IMG/VR virus record: IMGVR_UViG_3300026531_000002
Coordinates: 5,351 to 69,350 of that record
Direction: 5' to 3' (one strand)
DNA: 64,000 nucleotides
Origin: a virus
A program made the position numbers and the translations under genes. Positions within the stretch are counted from its first letter, which is position 1. Every line of letters starts with the position of its first letter. The notes under the pieces are model-generated. The model saw only the letters and a list, made by a program, of their open reading frames with translations, did no database searches and was not told the DNA's origin. Shown in pieces: positions 17,660-26,512 of this stretch.

Positions 17660-18359
17660 ATACTTTCCACACTAATTTTACAATATCATCTAAGTCTGTT
17701 TCATCGCTTAACAAGTACTTGTCCAGAACCTCTTTAACCTCTTTACTAGCTTCTTCAATAACTTCTAACACTTCTTTCCTTTTAAGTCCTGTTTTCTTCC
17801 CTATAAAAGTTGTTTTTTCATTATAAATAAAATAATCTATTAAAACAAATAGTTCAATATCACTTAAAACTTTTCTTAGGTCTGCTATAACCCTCTTAAA
17901 AAAATTGTCTAAAATAACTTGCTCTTCTAAAGCTAATTTTTGTTGTCTCCCTACTGTTATTCTTGCCACATCTACCGTTTCAATAGTGGGAGTTAAGTCT
18001 TTTAAAGGTACAAAATCTCTTTGTTTAGGTCTAACTGTAACAGCACCATAAATAGATTGTTTGCCTATATAATCTTGCATAGAACCTACTATTCTTCTGT
18101 GGATATACCCCATATAATTATCATTTTGGGTAGGGTCATACCTACTTAAACCTCTAATATAGGCTAATACCCCCTCAACAAACAAATTCTCTTTGGTAAT
18201 AGCCTCAAAAGATTTAGCGGCAATCTTAGAAGCTTTTGTATAAATAAACCTTAAATGCTCATTTGGTATATCCCATTTCCCATTCTTAAAAACAGGAATT
18301 GGATTTCCTTTATCATTATATGTAATACTAACATCTTCTCTATCTAAAAAGTGCTTCAT
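17652..18359 (-). CDS. Phage RNA polymerase sigma factor, FliA/sigma28-like
   Basis: ENLFVEGVLAYIRGLSRYDPTQNDNYMGYIHRRIVGSMQDYI fits sigma region 2 of the FliA type; LSDIELFVLIDYF...IGKKTGL...EV fits region 4. Confidence 0.8.
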   Translation of the reverse strand: MKHFLDREDVSITYNDKGNPIPVFKNGKWDIPNEHLRFIYTKASKIAAKSFEAITKENLFVEGVLAYIRGLSRYDPTQNDNYMGYIHRRIVGSMQDYIGKQSIYGAVTVRPKQRDFVPLKDLTPTIETVDVARITVGRQQKLALEEQVILDNFFKRVIADLRKVLSDIELFVLIDYFIYNEKTTFIGKKTGLKRKEVLEVIEEASKEVKEVLDKYLLSDETDLDDIVKLVWKVYD

Positions 18360-18362
18360 TTC

Positions 18363-20039
18363 TTATCCTTTCTCTTTTTCACAACGGCTTAAACCATTCT
18401 CTTTAATAATTTTTAAAACTCTGTAATTACTATTCATTTCAATATTATGATTAATTAAATAGATAGCCTTATTATACTGTAAATTAAGCAATCTTTCAAC
18501 AAACCCTATTCCCTCTTTATCAAAAACACCTAAAATCTCATCTAACACAATAACATTTGGTGTTTGAACTCCTAAAGTATTTAAAACATTATGAACAGCA
18601 AATAACAGTACTAAATTAACTCTTAGTCTTTCTCCAGCACTTAAAGCAGAATAATTACGGTTACTTCCATTAACTTCAAAATCTAGCTTAATAGTCTTAT
18701 TCACTAAACTAATATGTATAATAAAGTTGTTTGCAGTTAACTTAAATAACTCTTCGGCCTTGATTGTCAGTAGAGCTACAAAATGTTCTAACAGTTTGCT
18801 CTCAATATCTCCTGACCTGATGTATTTGTGTAGTTGGTCAAGATTGCTTATTCTTTTCTTTAAAAACAACTCTTCTGATTCTAACTCTTTTTTCTTTTTA
18901 ATAAGCTTTGCTCTGTGTTTTAGTAACTCTTTATTCTCTTCATTCATTTGCTTAGCATTATCAATCTTATTAGTTAAAGAATTGATTGTCTCTTTATAAT
19001 AAGAAACTTTATCATCATAATCTTTGCGACGTTGTTTCAGCTCTGTTTCAATATCTTGTAATTCATTTTTAAGAGCTGAAACAACCCCTGCTTGTCTCTC
19101 TCTTGCATTTTCAAGTTTAGAAAGTGCTTTTTCATAATCTGTAACAGTTCCTGTCACATCACTCTTACACACAGGACAAGTTCCTGTCTTAAGTTTGTTT
19201 ATAATACCTTTTCCAACCTCTATTCTAGCATCTAATTTATTTAACTTTTGAAGCTCTGTGTTGTATATACTTTGTTTATCTTGTAAAGCACTTGATAAGC
19301 CCTGTATAAGCTCTACTAAGTTATTTGATGCTTTAAACTTATTATACTCTTTCTCAATACTTTCTAACTCCGCCTCATAAGGTCTTGTATCAATTTCCTT
19401 ATAATCAACTGATAAAGTGTTATCAATTCCCACTAATTTAGAAATAACCACATCTAACTTATTTTTATAAATTGTTTTTTCATCAGCTAATACAGTAGCT
19501 AATTGATTTACTGTTTCAAGATTTAATAAAGTGTTTAGTAGTCCACCTTTTTTATGCAGATTTACAATATTTTCAATAGTGTTTGGATTGTTATATAGCA
19601 TTAAAGCAAAACTAGAAAATGATAGCCCTGTAATATTTTGCTCTATATATGCTAGTTGTTGTTTTTTAGTCTTAGGAGTAATATCAATCCATTCCCCATC
19701 AATATTTTTAAAAATGAAAGTTACAGTCCTACTTCTATCATTTAAAATAGTGTATAGGTTTCCGTCAATACCTGTTAGGATTAACTCAAGCATATAAGGC
19801 TTTCCTGTAACATTATTTGAAACATCTTTAATAGTTAGTTTTTCAGACTTCAAATTTTTATCATATAGGCACTGTAAAATAGCATTAAAAACAGCTGTCT
19901 TACCTGCTCCATTACTTGTGTTATCTTCACTCAACACATCTCTATTTTCTCCCTCAACAATAGTTACACCATCTTCAAATTCAACAGTACAACTATCAAT
20001 ACTAAAAAAGTTATCTATATAAAGCTTTCTAAGGGTCAT
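18363..20039 (-). CDS. SbcC/Rad50-like ATPase (T4 gp46 / T5 D13-like)
   Basis: NFFSI, SNGAGKT, coiled coil with CPVC zinc hook, LSAGE signature, VLDE, INH. Confidence 0.92.
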   Translation of the reverse strand: MTLRKLYIDNFFSIDSCTVEFEDGVTIVEGENRDVLSEDNTSNGAGKTAVFNAILQCLYDKNLKSEKLTIKDVSNNVTGKPYMLELILTGIDGNLYTILNDRSRTVTFIFKNIDGEWIDITPKTKKQQLAYIEQNITGLSFSSFALMLYNNPNTIENIVNLHKKGGLLNTLLNLETVNQLATVLADEKTIYKNKLDVVISKLVGIDNTLSVDYKEIDTRPYEAELESIEKEYNKFKASNNLVELIQGLSSALQDKQSIYNTELQKLNKLDARIEVGKGIINKLKTGTCPVCKSDVTGTVTDYEKALSKLENARERQAGVVSALKNELQDIETELKQRRKDYDDKVSYYKETINSLTNKIDNAKQMNEENKELLKHRAKLIKKKKELESEELFLKKRISNLDQLHKYIRSGDIESKLLEHFVALLTIKAEELFKLTANNFIIHISLVNKTIKLDFEVNGSNRNYSALSAGERLRVNLVLLFAVHNVLNTLGVQTPNVIVLDEILGVFDKEGIGFVERLLNLQYNKAIYLINHNIEMNSNYRVLKIIKENGLSRCEKEKG

Positions 20040-20284
20040 TCCATACCCTCCCTAATATCTTTTAAAGTTTGGATAATGTGGTCTAAATCTTCTTTACTAA
20101 GTTCTGATGTGTCCATATCATATACATACTCCTCATCTTCTTTCAAAAAAGATAGAAAAGCTCTATTATCTACTAGACTAAAAGTACACTTAACAATAGG
20201 GCAATCAACTAGCTCACCCTCAAACTCTAACAAAACTCTAGTTTCTGCTTTATCTCCAAAATATTTAAAATCAAATTTACTCAT
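20036..20284 (-). CDS. Hypothetical protein
   Basis: Coupled ORF in operon. Confidence 0.55.
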   Translation of the reverse strand: MSKFDFKYFGDKAETRVLLEFEGELVDCPIVKCTFSLVDNRAFLSFLKEDEEYVYDMDTSELSKEDLDHIIQTLKDIREGME

Positions 20285-20516
20285 AGATATTTGCCTCCAT
20301 TTCTAATACAAAATCTTTAAAAAGTTTTTTAGGCATTTCTGTAAAAGAATGATTTTTCAACTCACCCTCTAAATCTGTGATGATAATCTCTAAAAATATT
20401 TTTCCATCTTTATTTACAAACCTGACAGAATGTTCTTCCTCTCCTGTTGTATCAACAACCTCTAATGTGTCACTTTTAGCACCTGTATTGTGGTCAAACA
20501 TAGTTACAAATTTCAT
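20277..20516 (-). CDS. Hypothetical protein
   Basis: ORF with AAGGAG RBS. Confidence 0.55.
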   Translation of the reverse strand: MKFVTMFDHNTGAKSDTLEVVDTTGEEEHSVRFVNKDGKIFLEIIITDLEGELKNHSFTEMPKKLFKDFVLEMEANIYE

Positions 20517-20528
20517 TTTATTTCTCCT

Positions 20529-20864
20529 TTATATTTTTTTAATTGCATCTAACAAATCTTGATAAAAAACTTTTTGGGCATTTGCCCAAGAACTTTCATC
20601 AGACTTTTTCGGCAAATGCCGAAGAACTTTTTCGGGAATTCCCGAAGAACTTTTTAAGCTCTCATTATATACTTTTAAGATTAATTCCCAAGTCTCTTTT
20701 TTTCTTAGATAAGTATCAAGTCTTTTAGGTTTCAACCCTTTAGCTTCTCTAATAGAATTACCAATCTCTAACACATCTTCTAATTTTCCCATCATTGTCT
20801 TGTGCCATATTTTAACACTACCAAACTTACCCAAATTAACTGTCATTAATTGATTAGTTTTCAT
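20529..20864 (-). CDS. KilA-N-like DNA-binding protein (short or truncated)
   Basis: MKTNQLM...KRLDTYLRKKETWELI resembles a KilA-N N-terminus. Confidence 0.6.
   Translation of the reverse strand: MKTNQLMTVNLGKFGSVKIWHKTMMGKLEDVLEIGNSIREAKGLKPKRLDTYLRKKETWELILKVYNESLKSSSGIPEKVLRHLPKKSDESSWANAQKVFYQDLLDAIKKI
20569..20655. repeat. Three ~23-bp units, each with a 16-bp palindrome
   Basis: ttgggcatttgcccaa, ttcggcaaatgccgaa and ttcgggaattcccgaa, each followed by gaacttt. Confidence 0.85.
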
Positions 20865-20911
20865 TTTATTTCTCCTTTATATTTTTTTTATTCATTATAA
20901 CAAAACAACCT

Positions 20912-21832
20912 TTAAAGCCCCTTAAACAACCCTAAAAAGTAATTTAACTCACTGCCTTGATATTTTTCTTTGATATAACTTTCAATAATCTCTTCGGCAG
21001 TTGTAACAGGAGCTGTTTCAATCACACTAGAAACTCTTTCACCCTCATACACAACCTCTATAATATTTTGATGTTCGGGCTTATAATCAGGATTGCTTGT
21101 CACAACCTTATACAGATGCTTATTCTTCTCCTCTTCAGATAGCTTACTAAAATCCTTATCAGATATTTTATACTTGTTACCTAAGTCTAATTTTACAGCT
21201 GTTAATTGAAGTTTGTAATCTAATTTAAATACTATATTATCAAGCATACTAGCTTCTTTAAAGTGTGTAGTATAAGGAGAGCCAGAATATATTACATTAT
21301 TTCTAATAAAGTTGTGTGTATGAATATCTCCTAATAGTGTTAAATCATATAAACCAGATACTAAATCAGGACTTACTTCATCTTCTACATAAGGGACTCC
21401 AGCTCTAAAGTGACTAAATAACACCTTACAGCCCTTTGTGTCAGTTATTTTATCTAAGTTATTCCAATCTACAAACCTACATTCAATCCCATCAATAAAT
21501 ACTACATCATTTCTAAGTAATACAAACTTATCTTTTAAATACAAATAATCAAATGTAGTAGTATTTTTATCAATAGCCTCGTGATTTCCTGCATATAAAT
21601 AGATTGTGTATTTCTCTTTCAAAATTTCAATAAAATCTAAAAACAACCCAACCTCTCTAATTGTTGGATACCGTTTATCAAAAATATCCCCCCCTAAAAT
21701 AATGTTTTCCTCATCTTTAAAAGCTTCTTTTTTAGTTAGTTGGGTAGCTAAATCAAGCACCCTATTCTCCTCAAAAGCATCAATCTTTTTATTTCCAGAT
21801 AGTTTAATGTGAATATCAGCAGTAAATATCAT
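20912..21832 (-). CDS. SbcD/Mre11-like nuclease (T4 gp47 / T5 D12-like)
   Basis: ADIH, GGDIFD, AGNHE, FSH, LGDIH, YSGSP. Confidence 0.92.
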   Translation of the reverse strand: MIFTADIHIKLSGNKKIDAFEENRVLDLATQLTKKEAFKDEENIILGGDIFDKRYPTIREVGLFLDFIEILKEKYTIYLYAGNHEAIDKNTTTFDYLYLKDKFVLLRNDVVFIDGIECRFVDWNNLDKITDTKGCKVLFSHFRAGVPYVEDEVSPDLVSGLYDLTLLGDIHTHNFIRNNVIYSGSPYTTHFKEASMLDNIVFKLDYKLQLTAVKLDLGNKYKISDKDFSKLSEEEKNKHLYKVVTSNPDYKPEHQNIIEVVYEGERVSSVIETAPVTTAEEIIESYIKEKYQGSELNYFLGLFKGL

Positions 21833-21898
21833 ATATCATCCTTTTTTGTATATTATACCTTATTTTAGCTGAAAAATAAAAGGTTTTAATGGTTGGCA

Positions 21899-21956
21899 TA
21901 GGGAAATATATAGGTAAGAATAGAAAATGGGTTGTAGGGGCTGTTAGACCCCTTTA
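21899..21956 (-). repeat. Dispersed ~58-bp 3' element, copy 1
   Basis: Reverse complement aligns to 24871-24928 at about 47/58 by eye. Confidence 0.7.
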
Positions 21957-21965
21957 TGGATAGAT

Positions 21966-22232
21966 TTAATCAGCTAATACAACATCAAACAAGAACTTAC
22001 TAAACTCTTGAAAGTACTTATTCTTATGTACTGATTTATTATTATATACTCTCACTAGAAAACCTTTTAAATCATACAAAGCTTCAGAAGCCCCTAAATC
22101 TTGTAAAATCTCATAATAGTCTTCTAAATAAATAAGATAGTCAGAACTAAATTTATAATCTTTCATAAACTTTCTAATATACTCTTCAATCTCCTGTTTC
22201 AGTGCTTTATCAGCTTCTGTTTCAATACACAT
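21966..22232 (-). CDS. Hypothetical protein
   Basis: Coupled ORF. Confidence 0.55.
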   Translation of the reverse strand: MCIETEADKALKQEIEEYIRKFMKDYKFSSDYLIYLEDYYEILQDLGASEALYDLKGFLVRVYNNKSVHKNKYFQEFSKFLFDVVLAD

Positions 22233-22757
22233 CTAATCCTCCTCATCAATATCATCAATAGCTCTAAAAGTTGCCTCAATTCCTTTAATCTCTTTTGCTC
22301 TGTCTTGTAACAAATCCTCCTCAAAAAATAGAGAAATCATTAATATCTCTAGCCTTTCTTGAATGTTATCAAGGGTCTGATAAAAATCCTCTAAAGGTTT
22401 CTTTTTCCACTTCTGTTTAGCTTTCTTAATCACAGCTTCACTATCATACTCTTTACCAACTATTGCATAAACACTCCTAACCAGTGCCGCAACAGCATTT
22501 TCAACTTTCTTAAAAGAATAGTTAATGTTGTTTTGTGTGATATAATCAAAAACTTCAAAAACAATAGGAGCAAAAGCTAAATCTTCTAAATCAGGGTTCA
22601 TAACTTCTAAATCTAATTTATAAGCAATTACCTTAGTGTATAAATCAAAAATCTTATCAACATCAACTTTATCAGCATATTGTAAAGTAATGTCACTGCT
22701 CCCTAAAAGCTCCTGTTCAATTAAATTAAGTGTTGTAACTACGTCTATATGTTTCAT
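22233..22757 (-). CDS. Hypothetical protein
   Basis: ORF with AAGGAG RBS. Confidence 0.6.
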   Translation of the reverse strand: MKHIDVVTTLNLIEQELLGSSDITLQYADKVDVDKIFDLYTKVIAYKLDLEVMNPDLEDLAFAPIVFEVFDYITQNNINYSFKKVENAVAALVRSVYAIVGKEYDSEAVIKKAKQKWKKKPLEDFYQTLDNIQERLEILMISLFFEEDLLQDRAKEIKGIEATFRAIDDIDEED

Positions 22758-22771
22758 TTTATTTCTCCTTT

Positions 22772-23986
22772 CTAAATAAATTGTTCTTCAAGAGCTTTAG
22801 ATGCTTTCTCAATTAACTCTTGTGTTTCTCTTTTCTTTCTCTCTTTTTCAAACTCGTAATACTCATAATAAGAGTCAAACCCCATTATGTGTGCCATAGC
22901 CTCATCAAAATCTTCTGCAAAAGCCTCACCTGTTAAATCACTTAAGAACTTATCAAGTAAAGCATAGCTAAGTCTATCAAAATCAATGTCTTTATTGTCT
23001 TTAGCTCCTAATAATAACATAAGAATATCTTTAATAATCTTTTTATATTTAGCGGCACTAGACTTAGAGATACCAGTAAGCTTTGCTAGCTCCCTAACTG
23101 ACATATTTCTAATTTGTTTAATAGTAAGCATATTAGCTGAAATAGCCTCTATAATCTTTCTAATAGTTTTATCTTTCTTTCTTTGTGCTAACATTCTATT
23201 AAAAGCAATAGTTCTCTCATTTGTAGTCCTATTAACATACTTAGTAATCATAAACTTATTAATACTTGCTACAATACTCTCTACTTCTTTTTTGGGTAGT
23301 GGATTTTCCATTTTCTCAAGTGTTGAATAAGCTTCTGCCACAAGTCCATCTAAGCCTATATTTCTAAAGTTTCTATAAGCCCATTTTCTTAAATAATCAA
23401 ACATCTTAACATTTCTCTCTCCTTTCTTAGCTTTAATAACATCTTTTTTAGCTACAAATACTCTCTTTCTGCTCTTAACTTTCTTAAATGTTTTTTTCTT
23501 AACCTCATAAGTAGCTAATAAATCATCAAACTCATATAAACTCTTAATAGTGTGTCCAAACTCCATTGTAGAGTGCTTTAAAGGGTTTCTCCAAACTCTA
23601 CCAGCACTAGCCGCCTTAGCGTGAATATCAGCTCCTAACTTATCTGCTAAAGCATTTAAAATAAAGTTTAATTTTTGTGTTTGTTTATAGTTAGAAGTTT
23701 TAATAGGATTTTGTAAAAACCAATGAATGTGAAACCCTCTAGTAGTCTTTACAATCATAGTTGGTAAAGGAATTTTAAGCTCTGTAAAAACTTCAATAGG
23801 GTCTTTATCTTCAAAAGGATTAACATTATCTATATCAATACTAATAGCAGGAATAAAATATTCATTTCCTAATCTAATAAAATTATAATCTAATGCTTTT
23901 TCTTTTTTAACATAACTATATTCTTCATTCTTATCATTGGTAACTAATACAGAATAATTTAAACTTTTAGTAATTAATTCTTTCAT
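22772..23986 (-). CDS. Plasmid-type replication initiator (ColE2/pAL5000 Replicase + PriCT + HTH)
   Basis: ISIDID, TTRGFHIHW, LGAD, RNP; GERNVKMFDYLRKWAY...PLPKKEVESIVASI; C-terminal HTH SVRELAKLTGISKSSA. Confidence 0.82.
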   Translation of the reverse strand: MKELITKSLNYSVLVTNDKNEEYSYVKKEKALDYNFIRLGNEYFIPAISIDIDNVNPFEDKDPIEVFTELKIPLPTMIVKTTRGFHIHWFLQNPIKTSNYKQTQKLNFILNALADKLGADIHAKAASAGRVWRNPLKHSTMEFGHTIKSLYEFDDLLATYEVKKKTFKKVKSRKRVFVAKKDVIKAKKGERNVKMFDYLRKWAYRNFRNIGLDGLVAEAYSTLEKMENPLPKKEVESIVASINKFMITKYVNRTTNERTIAFNRMLAQRKKDKTIRKIIEAISANMLTIKQIRNMSVRELAKLTGISKSSAAKYKKIIKDILMLLLGAKDNKDIDFDRLSYALLDKFLSDLTGEAFAEDFDEAMAHIMGFDSYYEYYEFEKERKKRETQELIEKASKALEEQFI

Positions 23987-24063
23987 TTCCTTTACCTCTC
24001 TTAAACTTTAAACTAATTATAACAAAATAAAACTTAAAAGTAAATTAAGTCTAATAAGAATAC

Positions 24064-24216
24064 CCAACTACTGAACTATTAAGATTATACACTTACTAAT
24101 AAATACTAATCTCTTTTACTATAAATATTTAGTATATGTATTAGATACCCTCACAGCACTGTACCAGCTCTTAAACAGTTGCTTGTTTTTTTAAACAAAC
24201 TGATGGTTTTGGACAC
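24064..24216. repeat. Left arm of bipartite inverted repeat (69-bp and 26-bp blocks)
   Basis: 24064-24132 matches revcomp of 25230-25298 (64/69); 24191-24216 is the exact revcomp of 25111-25136. Confidence 0.92.
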
Positions 24217-24337
24217 CTACAAAACCACAACTTACACAATACCTAAACAGCCCTGATACAGGACTTTTAAAGCATTTAATAACAAATTAAGAAAAAGTAC
24301 AGTACAATATAAAATAACAACTTAAAAGGAGATAAAA

Positions 24338-24844
24338 ATGATTACAATCCAAAAAACAAATAAAGGTTACAAGTTAGCTAATTCTGCTTATACAAATGAG
24401 TATATTAATTTACAAAAAGCTTATAAGGTTGCTTTAAAAGAGTTGGTAAAGTTCTTAGAGTTTATTACTAAACAATATCTAAGTAGTGTTTTAAAAAGTG
24501 AAGTTAGAAAGTTAAATAAACAACTTTATTATACTAAATTAAAGATTAGTAGTGATTTAGAGTTTAGTTATGATAAATTAAATAGTTTAGATTTTGTGAA
24601 TGAAATTGAATGTTGTATTGAAATTAAACTAAGACCTTTAAGTCCTTTAAAAGTAAATTTAATTAATGATGAAATCGAACTAGCTTATAACCGACTAAAA
24701 AATAAACAAAAAGAAGTTAAAAAACTAAGATTTGATTTACTTAATAAAATCAACAGTCTAAGACCTAAAAAAGTTAAAAATATACATGAAGTTAATAAAA
24801 TCATCAATGAATTAGAAAAAATGATTGATACTACTTTCCCCTAA
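24338..24844 (+). CDS. Basic hypothetical protein between the inverted repeats
   Basis: AAGGAG RBS, 168-aa Lys-rich ORF. Confidence 0.6.
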   Translation: MITIQKTNKGYKLANSAYTNEYINLQKAYKVALKELVKFLEFITKQYLSSVLKSEVRKLNKQLYYTKLKISSDLEFSYDKLNSLDFVNEIECCIEIKLRPLSPLKVNLINDEIELAYNRLKNKQKEVKKLRFDLLNKINSLRPKKVKNIHEVNKIINELEKMIDTTFP

Positions 24845-24870
24845 TTAACCTAACAACTGTTATACCTCTT

Positions 24871-24928
24871 TAAAGGGGTCTAGCAGGCTCATAAATCCAT
24901 TTTCTCATCTTACCTATACATTTACCTA
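24871..24928 (+). repeat. Dispersed ~58-bp 3' element, copy 2
   Basis: taaaggggtctagcag...ccattttctcatcttacctatacattt. Confidence 0.7.
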
Positions 24929-25010
24929 CCCTTAACCTTAAAAGTGCTTCAAAAGCTTATTTTGTTGTTTTTATTGTTAAAGAGTTGGTACAGTTAGTTT
25001 TTTAACATAC

Positions 25011-25053
25011 TATCCATTATTAAAACAAGGAATTTTACAATTAGTTTAGATAA
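25011..25053 (-). mobile_element. Degenerate IS200/IS605 left-end remnant
   Basis: tatccattattaaaacaaggaattttacaattagtttagataa aligns with 4236-4280. Confidence 0.55.
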
Positions 25054-25110
25054 TTCTGACAAAGTGCTTAAAAGGTGCTGTTTAGGTGCTTTGAAAGGGG
25101 TTTATATTAA

Positions 25111-25298
25111 GTGTCCAAAACCATCAGTTTGTTTAATTTTTTAAAAGCTTTTCAGTTTCCGTACCAGTCCTTGAAAGATTGCTTGTAGTCTTAACTGTAT
25201 TAGTAATTGTATCAGTATAATAAGAGTATCTAAATATTTAAATTAATAGAGATTAGTATTTATTAGTAAGGGTATAATCTTATTAGTTCAGTAGTTGG
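25111..25298. repeat. Right arm of bipartite inverted repeat
   Basis: Counterpart of 24064-24216. Confidence 0.92.
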
Positions 25299-25380
25299 TT
25301 ATTTATTAAGTAAGTTTGAGTTTGTTGAAAGTAATGAGATAATAAGTTATAATTTGCTAAACTTTTAAGGAGCTGTGTAA

Positions 25381-25887
25381 GTGTTTTATTCTCATTTGGA
25401 TAAGTATTTTTATAATAATAAGAAGAGGTTATTAATTTCTATTGTACCAGAAAGGAAACAAAATAAGAAAATAATTACTTTTTATTGTAAAGGTTGTAAA
25501 AAGTATTATACTCAAAATATGACTAACTTAATTAGACAAGGTTTAAAGAAATGTGATTGTTATAAAAATAAGTTTACTCCTCATCACAAAAATAGTAAAG
25601 AGTTAGGTTTTTTATATATTATTCAGGATTTAGAAACAGGACTCTATAAGATTGGAATTACTAAAAATATTAAGAGGAGGTTTCAAGGTAAAAGAATAGC
25701 TGTGTTATTTACTGCTTATAGTGTATTAGGAAATTTGTATGATATAGAACAGTATATTCTAAATGAGTATTCAGAATACAAAAAGTTTAATCTTAACTAT
25801 AAAAGTAATGGTGGAACAGAATTTTTTAAGTGTGATTATGATATAATTAATAAAATGATTAAAGACATTAATAAGGAGTTACAATGA
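25381..25887 (+). CDS. GIY-YIG (T5orf172/MUG113-like) endonuclease
   Basis: CKGC...CDC zinc motif, GFLYII, YKIGIT..IKRRF, GGTEFF. Confidence 0.8.
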   Translation: MFYSHLDKYFYNNKKRLLISIVPERKQNKKIITFYCKGCKKYYTQNMTNLIRQGLKKCDCYKNKFTPHHKNSKELGFLYIIQDLETGLYKIGITKNIKRRFQGKRIAVLFTAYSVLGNLYDIEQYILNEYSEYKKFNLNYKSNGGTEFFKCDYDIINKMIKDINKELQ

Positions 25888-26066
25888 AAATTTACACTAT
25901 TTTTTGTGACTATGATATAGGACAAGATGAGTTTGCATTCACTACTAAAGAGAAGGCTATTGAGTGGGCTAAAGAAGCTATTGAATTGGTTGGGGATATT
26001 GAAGAAGACTTTGACGAGTTAGTGAAAGATGGTCTTATTTATTTTGAAGAGAAAGAATTGATTTAA
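25884..26066 (+). CDS. Hypothetical protein
   Basis: RBS and overlap with upstream stop. Confidence 0.55.
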   Translation: MKIYTIFCDYDIGQDEFAFTTKEKAIEWAKEAIELVGDIEEDFDELVKDGLIYFEEKELI

Positions 26067-26094
26067 ACCGAAACAGGGCTTAAAAGGAATTGAG

Positions 26095-26418
26095 ATGAAC
26101 TTTATTAAGGTTATATTAGATAATTCATCTATAAATACTAAAGGAATTGGTAAAGAGCCTTTTAAGCCTAATAAGAAAGAGTTTTTAAAGCTGTATAAAA
26201 AATATACAACTAAAGAGATAACAGCTACTACTTTTAAGAAAGAATTGCACAATAGATGTGATATTATAGGCTGTGTAAGTAATAATCAAAGTATAGTTGA
26301 TTGTGATACATGTCCTATTTTTGATTGGTGTCAAGCTGAAAAGGGTTATGAACAGATTAAAATGGGAGCTGTTACAAAAGCTGTTAAAGAGCTGAATAAG
26401 AATAAAGGTAAAAAATGA
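26095..26418 (+). CDS. Hypothetical Cys-rich protein
   Basis: CDTCPIFDWC; CGAAA box at 26069-26073. Confidence 0.55.
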   Translation: MNFIKVILDNSSINTKGIGKEPFKPNKKEFLKLYKKYTTKEITATTFKKELHNRCDIIGCVSNNQSIVDCDTCPIFDWCQAEKGYEQIKMGAVTKAVKELNKNKGKK

Positions 26419-26512
26419 ATTTAATCAAATGGCTTATTTTAGAAGTTGCTTTGTTTATTTGGTTGGCTGTGTCAGTCTTAATAGATGCTATATCAGCACT
26501 TAGGAGGTAAAG

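Noticed and set aside
20569-20655. Mini-CRISPR
   Set aside because: The palindromic part varies and the units abut (0-11 nt between), the reverse of repeat-spacer structure
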